From: Dimargaris cristalligena | Lineage: Eukaryota | Direction: 5' to 3' | Length of the DNA stretch: 53,636 bases | Assembly: GCA_003614675.1 (NCBI GenBank) | Contig: ML002265.1 | Location: 1 to 53,636 of the forward strand | Shown here: one piece after another, positions 49,848 to 53,636 of the stretch | Position numbering within the stretch: the stretch's first letter is position 1 | How the letters are laid out: each line of letters opens with the position of its first letter | The notes under the pieces: model-generated | What the model was told of the DNA's origin: nothing | The model's database searches: none | Seen by the model: only the letters and a program-made list of their open reading frames with translations | Program-made: the position numbers and the translations under genes

Positions 49848-50386
49848 ATGAATGTCGTTCACCGTAAAATAACCGTAGTTACTACCCATGAATTACCCAA
49901 GAACCCCGTCAAGGTGGAGGGCATTCCCATCCGCAACTGGTCCGTACTTCTGGCTGAGCGGGACCCCCTTACGAACACCCTGCGTTACGACCTGCCCTTC
50001 ATAAAAGCCGTCGAGTTCGAGCTCCATCCCACCTTCCCGAACCCCGTCACCACCATCCGCCAGGCCCCCTTCCAGTTGCTGGAGAGCGGCTGGGGCGAAT
50101 TCGACATGCGCATTCATATCTACTACTACGACCCCGAAGTGCCGTCCGCTACTTTTCAACATGATCTCAACTTCCGCCGGAAACGGTACGAAACGAATGT
50201 AGACTTGGTAAGTAACTGGCCCTCCTTCTTCTCGGCACCCCTGGCTTGGCCGCGATTCTAAACCGCGTCCCTGTCCAGCGCATATATGAGGGTATATGCA
50301 TCCATATATTCAACGGTGCGTCTTGAGTAGTGCTGGCCAACCATGACGACTTTATGCGTTCTCATTATACATACATAAATAAATAA

Positions 50387-50420
<34 letters not shown>

Positions 50421-51756
50421 ATACGCTCCGCACTACGCGCCATCCCCCTCTTTTTACTTGAATAGCCCATTTCTTCACTTCTTTGGCTGCCTTATACCAC
50501 TCTGCCTGTGCAGTAACGTCACCCTTCACTGATGGAGATATCGATCAATACCAACCCCGTATATGCGGCCATCGACCATACATGCCTCCCTAACTTCGTT
50601 ACCCGTTTTGATTCTGATTCTAATTATGGTTCTGGTTCGGTTTTTGTACCCCTTTATTTATGGAAACCTGCAGGAAATCATCGAACCTAATCCAGAAATG
50701 GTCCGACGCCTTGATCCACATTACCCCGCCCAAGATATCCAGCCCCTCAAGTGCCCTGCCACCAGCGGTAAAGCCAAGCGCAAGGAAAAGGAAAAGGATA
50801 AAGATAAGGACAAGAAAAAGGCCCGCTCGGCCTATGGCTCGGCGCCATCGCAAACCGCTAGCCCCTCTGTAACCGCCCCCACCCCGGCCGAGTCGGTTGG
50901 CCACGGTCGGTCACGGGAAGACCAGTACGAGACCGACCACCATTATTCACCCTATGGTTCAATCCCCCTCCCCGAAACTACTTCGACCCCGGCCTCCACC
51001 GTCAGCAACGGAGGGATCCCCCATGCCATGAACTCCCTGAATCAAGGTGGCGCCGTCCCCTTTCCTTCAGGCTCGTCCACGGCCATACCCAGCACCGCTT
51101 CAGCTAATGCCAACTACCGATCCGGGCCTGGGAACCAGTTTGGGGGAATCCCAGACGCCGTGGAATACTCCCCGGCCGAGAACGGCATCGACCCTGCAGG
51201 CCGGTACCCAAGTTACCCTCACACCTATCCCATTTCAAATGAATCATCTTCCCCATTATCCTCCGTGGGTTCCCACCTGACCCCGGCCACCCACGTCAAC
51301 CCCCCTGGGCAAACGCGGCGGGGACCAGTTGACTTGGGAACCCATGACACCAGCGGAGGGGGAGGCTATCCATCCGTAGCCACCTCTAACTATTACCCTA
51401 CCATTGCCGGAAATCGACCAGTCAACGGGCACATTGGTGATGCAGACACCCGCCGGGTAACGGAAATGATTTCAACCACTGACGAACTTTGGATACGTAT
51501 GAAGGCCCTGGCCGACCGATTATACACCCTCCCACCTAGCGGGGTATTAGAGGTGGTTGAAACAGTCAAGGCCCAGCGCCTGCCGTACACCTACATCAAC
51601 GAATCCGTCGCTGATGAATTCCATTTTGATCTCTTTACCCTCCCGACACCCCTTATCGATCAACTATGGGCCGTCATCGACACTTACGAGGCCGCTGGTC
51701 AACTAGTCCCAGCCACCACCACCACCAATACCACCACCTCATCATCCTCTTACTAA
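49848..51756 (+). CDS. TAF14: YEATS + ET domain protein, TAF14-like; exons 49848-50207, 50674-51756
   Basis: PIRNWS, FELHPTFPNP, PFQLLESGWGEF, HDLNF. C-terminal LADRLYTL...EFHFDLFTLP..LIDQLW (ET domain). Confidence 0.85.
50387..50423. repeat. (TA)n(TG)n microsatellite in the TAF14-like intron; other (TA)n tracts at about 11727, 13545 and 48644
   Basis: Directly visible dinucleotide runs. Confidence 0.85.
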
Positions 51757-52791
51757 TTCGTCGCCGCTCCCTCCTCCTCCTCCTCTTCCTCTTCCACTAC
51801 TGCCCCCTGGATATCACACCAATCCGACCTTGCCGGCGTCCCCCATTCCTCGACCAGTAGCAAGCCCGCGGATTCTTCACGGTTCTATATTCCCAATAAT
51901 AACGATCGCGCATCTAGTGGAACTAGCAGTAAAAATGAGTACTCGGTATCTGTACAATATGTTGTGTAGGGTGGTGGTTCATAAACAATTGCGTAAAACT
52001 ACTTGACTTATTTTATATATATTTATATTCTTCGGGCTTAACCGAATGGTGACGTAGGTCCCGATTACTCCGAGAGGAGTGCACCGCTAACTAATGAGTA
52101 TGATAATCCAACCGATAATTGCCCGTTCGCCCAACTAACTGAGCCCAAATTAGGAAATCTGGGTATCTTTGATGTATAATGGTGCTTACCCATCTCCCCC
52201 TCCTATTTAAATTCATCCGCATATCCTTGAAATCGGTACATAATTATTATTATTTTACAATGTATTCTCTACGAATTTTCTGCGTGATACTCGGCCATTC
52301 AAGTATTATATTTTATCCATCTACCTTTTCTCAATCGTAATCAAAATCGAAATCTCCACCCCACCCCCCGCTTTTCCGATATTTACCGAGCCCTTTATAT
52401 GCTGTTTGTCGCTCAATCGTCTAAGACCTAATTATTATAATTGCATTAAATGAAAAAAGACTACGCTGTCCGGCTCAATTGATAATCCGAGTATGCCTTA
52501 TAAACTCATATATTTTCTCTTATTTCTTGTTATGATTAATCAATATCTCATGATTCAGTCACCAGAACCCATGTAATACTTTTTTGTAGTGGAAGACCCA
52601 AATAATTTCCGGTTACCAAGAATCATCCATGGGGAGAGGGCCAAAATAATGATTAATCCAAAATACGGGAGTCGTCTTGTTGTTTATAAATGCATGTCGG
52701 GCATCATTTAATCAGTGCGGGCGTGTCCACCAATGGGAACATATGAAATACTCAGGAGGGATTAACTGGCCTAAGCAGCAAATTCGCTATA

Positions 52792-53636
52792 CAGTGGCTC
52801 CAAAAAGTGTATTAATGTCTTGCACTGTGGGATTTTGAAGGCGATTACTCAGCACCTAAGGGATATACTAATAAATATATACTACCCGGAGAAAACCCCA
52901 GGTCTCTAGTATATATGGGTGCAACTATAGGTTTATTACTACTTTCAATGGCAAGATGTGGATATTAAAAAATAATTAGCACATTGATATACTTTTTGGA
53001 GTTGCTACAAAAACTGCCAATGTATTTAGAACATGTAGTTAATAGTTTATCCAGTAGCTCTTATTGGCAATGATCTACTTGCAATGTTCAGGCATGGTGC
53101 TAATGACCTATTGGCATGCCTCCTTAGTTACCCTATGTCAAGTTTGATATTTTCCTAGTATTCAAGCATCCCCTTGGGGAGCTGTTTATAGTTGCAGTAG
53201 AGATGGTTCTTGAGATAGGAACCTCTTACTATTAATAGGATTAAGGTCTAGGCTCTATGCAGACTACTTTATAGCCTTGAATTTCTACTTAGTAGGCCAT
53301 TTTTGAATAAATACAGGGGTGGGAACATCAAGCTTTGGAGCTGCATTACTAGATTAATATTGGCAAAAATATCTTTTAATAGGATAATGATCCTAAATAC
53401 ACAACCAAATCTAATGGTTTTATTAATATTGTAACTGGGTGGGCCAAGTAGGGCCAATAACTATAAGTGAAAATGACTATAAAGACACCGAGTGGGACAG
53501 ATAGATAAAAAATTACTAAACAAGCTTGATTCTAAAGTAAGTATTTATTTCTATGACAAAGAACAATAGTTGGCTGCTCGGGGCAGTATGTTTTTTTCCT
53601 CTTGGATGAGGTGCTGCTCTTGTGCCATTGGGGGGG
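52792..53636 (-). mobile_element. Decayed Tc1/mariner transposon (3' part; probably truncated by the window edge)
   Basis: Minus strand reads K*SA*SLDLNPIN (cf. WPAQSPDLNPIE) near 53231-53270 and EACQ*VISTMPEHCK*IIANKSYWINY* (cf. SMPRRC..VI.AKG..TKY) ending near 53039. TA-CAGTGGCTCCAAAAAGT at 52790 is a Tc1-type terminus. Confidence 0.8.

Overview
Eukaryotic (fungal) genomic DNA with GT-AG introns. Gene content is compatible with an early-diverging fungus; this is inference and cannot be confirmed here. The window holds 14 recognisable or probable housekeeping-type genes: cullin-1 (one 1-bp frameshift), a Pga1-like protein, hexokinase, RIB7, dynamitin, an Rrn10-like protein, TAP42, phosducin-like PLP1/TXNDC9, transportin-1, aminoacylase-1, allantoicase, an S1P phosphatase, a YEATS/TAF14-like gene and a PARN-like nuclease. 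Four things stand out. (1) A tandem second PARN copy is intact and spliced identically to the first but has lost three catalytic residues. (2) A 59-aa secreted prepro-peptide gene, missed by the ORF track, has a Kex2 site and a Gly/Trp/Cys-rich mature peptide. (3) A nested inverted-repeat island at about 5.0-8.4 kb contains a 483-bp near-perfect inverted duplication, an older fold-back element and two solo LTRs with 5-bp TSDs, with strong C-to-T decay. (4) A decayed Tc1/mariner element lies at the right edge. Exon coordinates were read by eye and may be off by a few bases.
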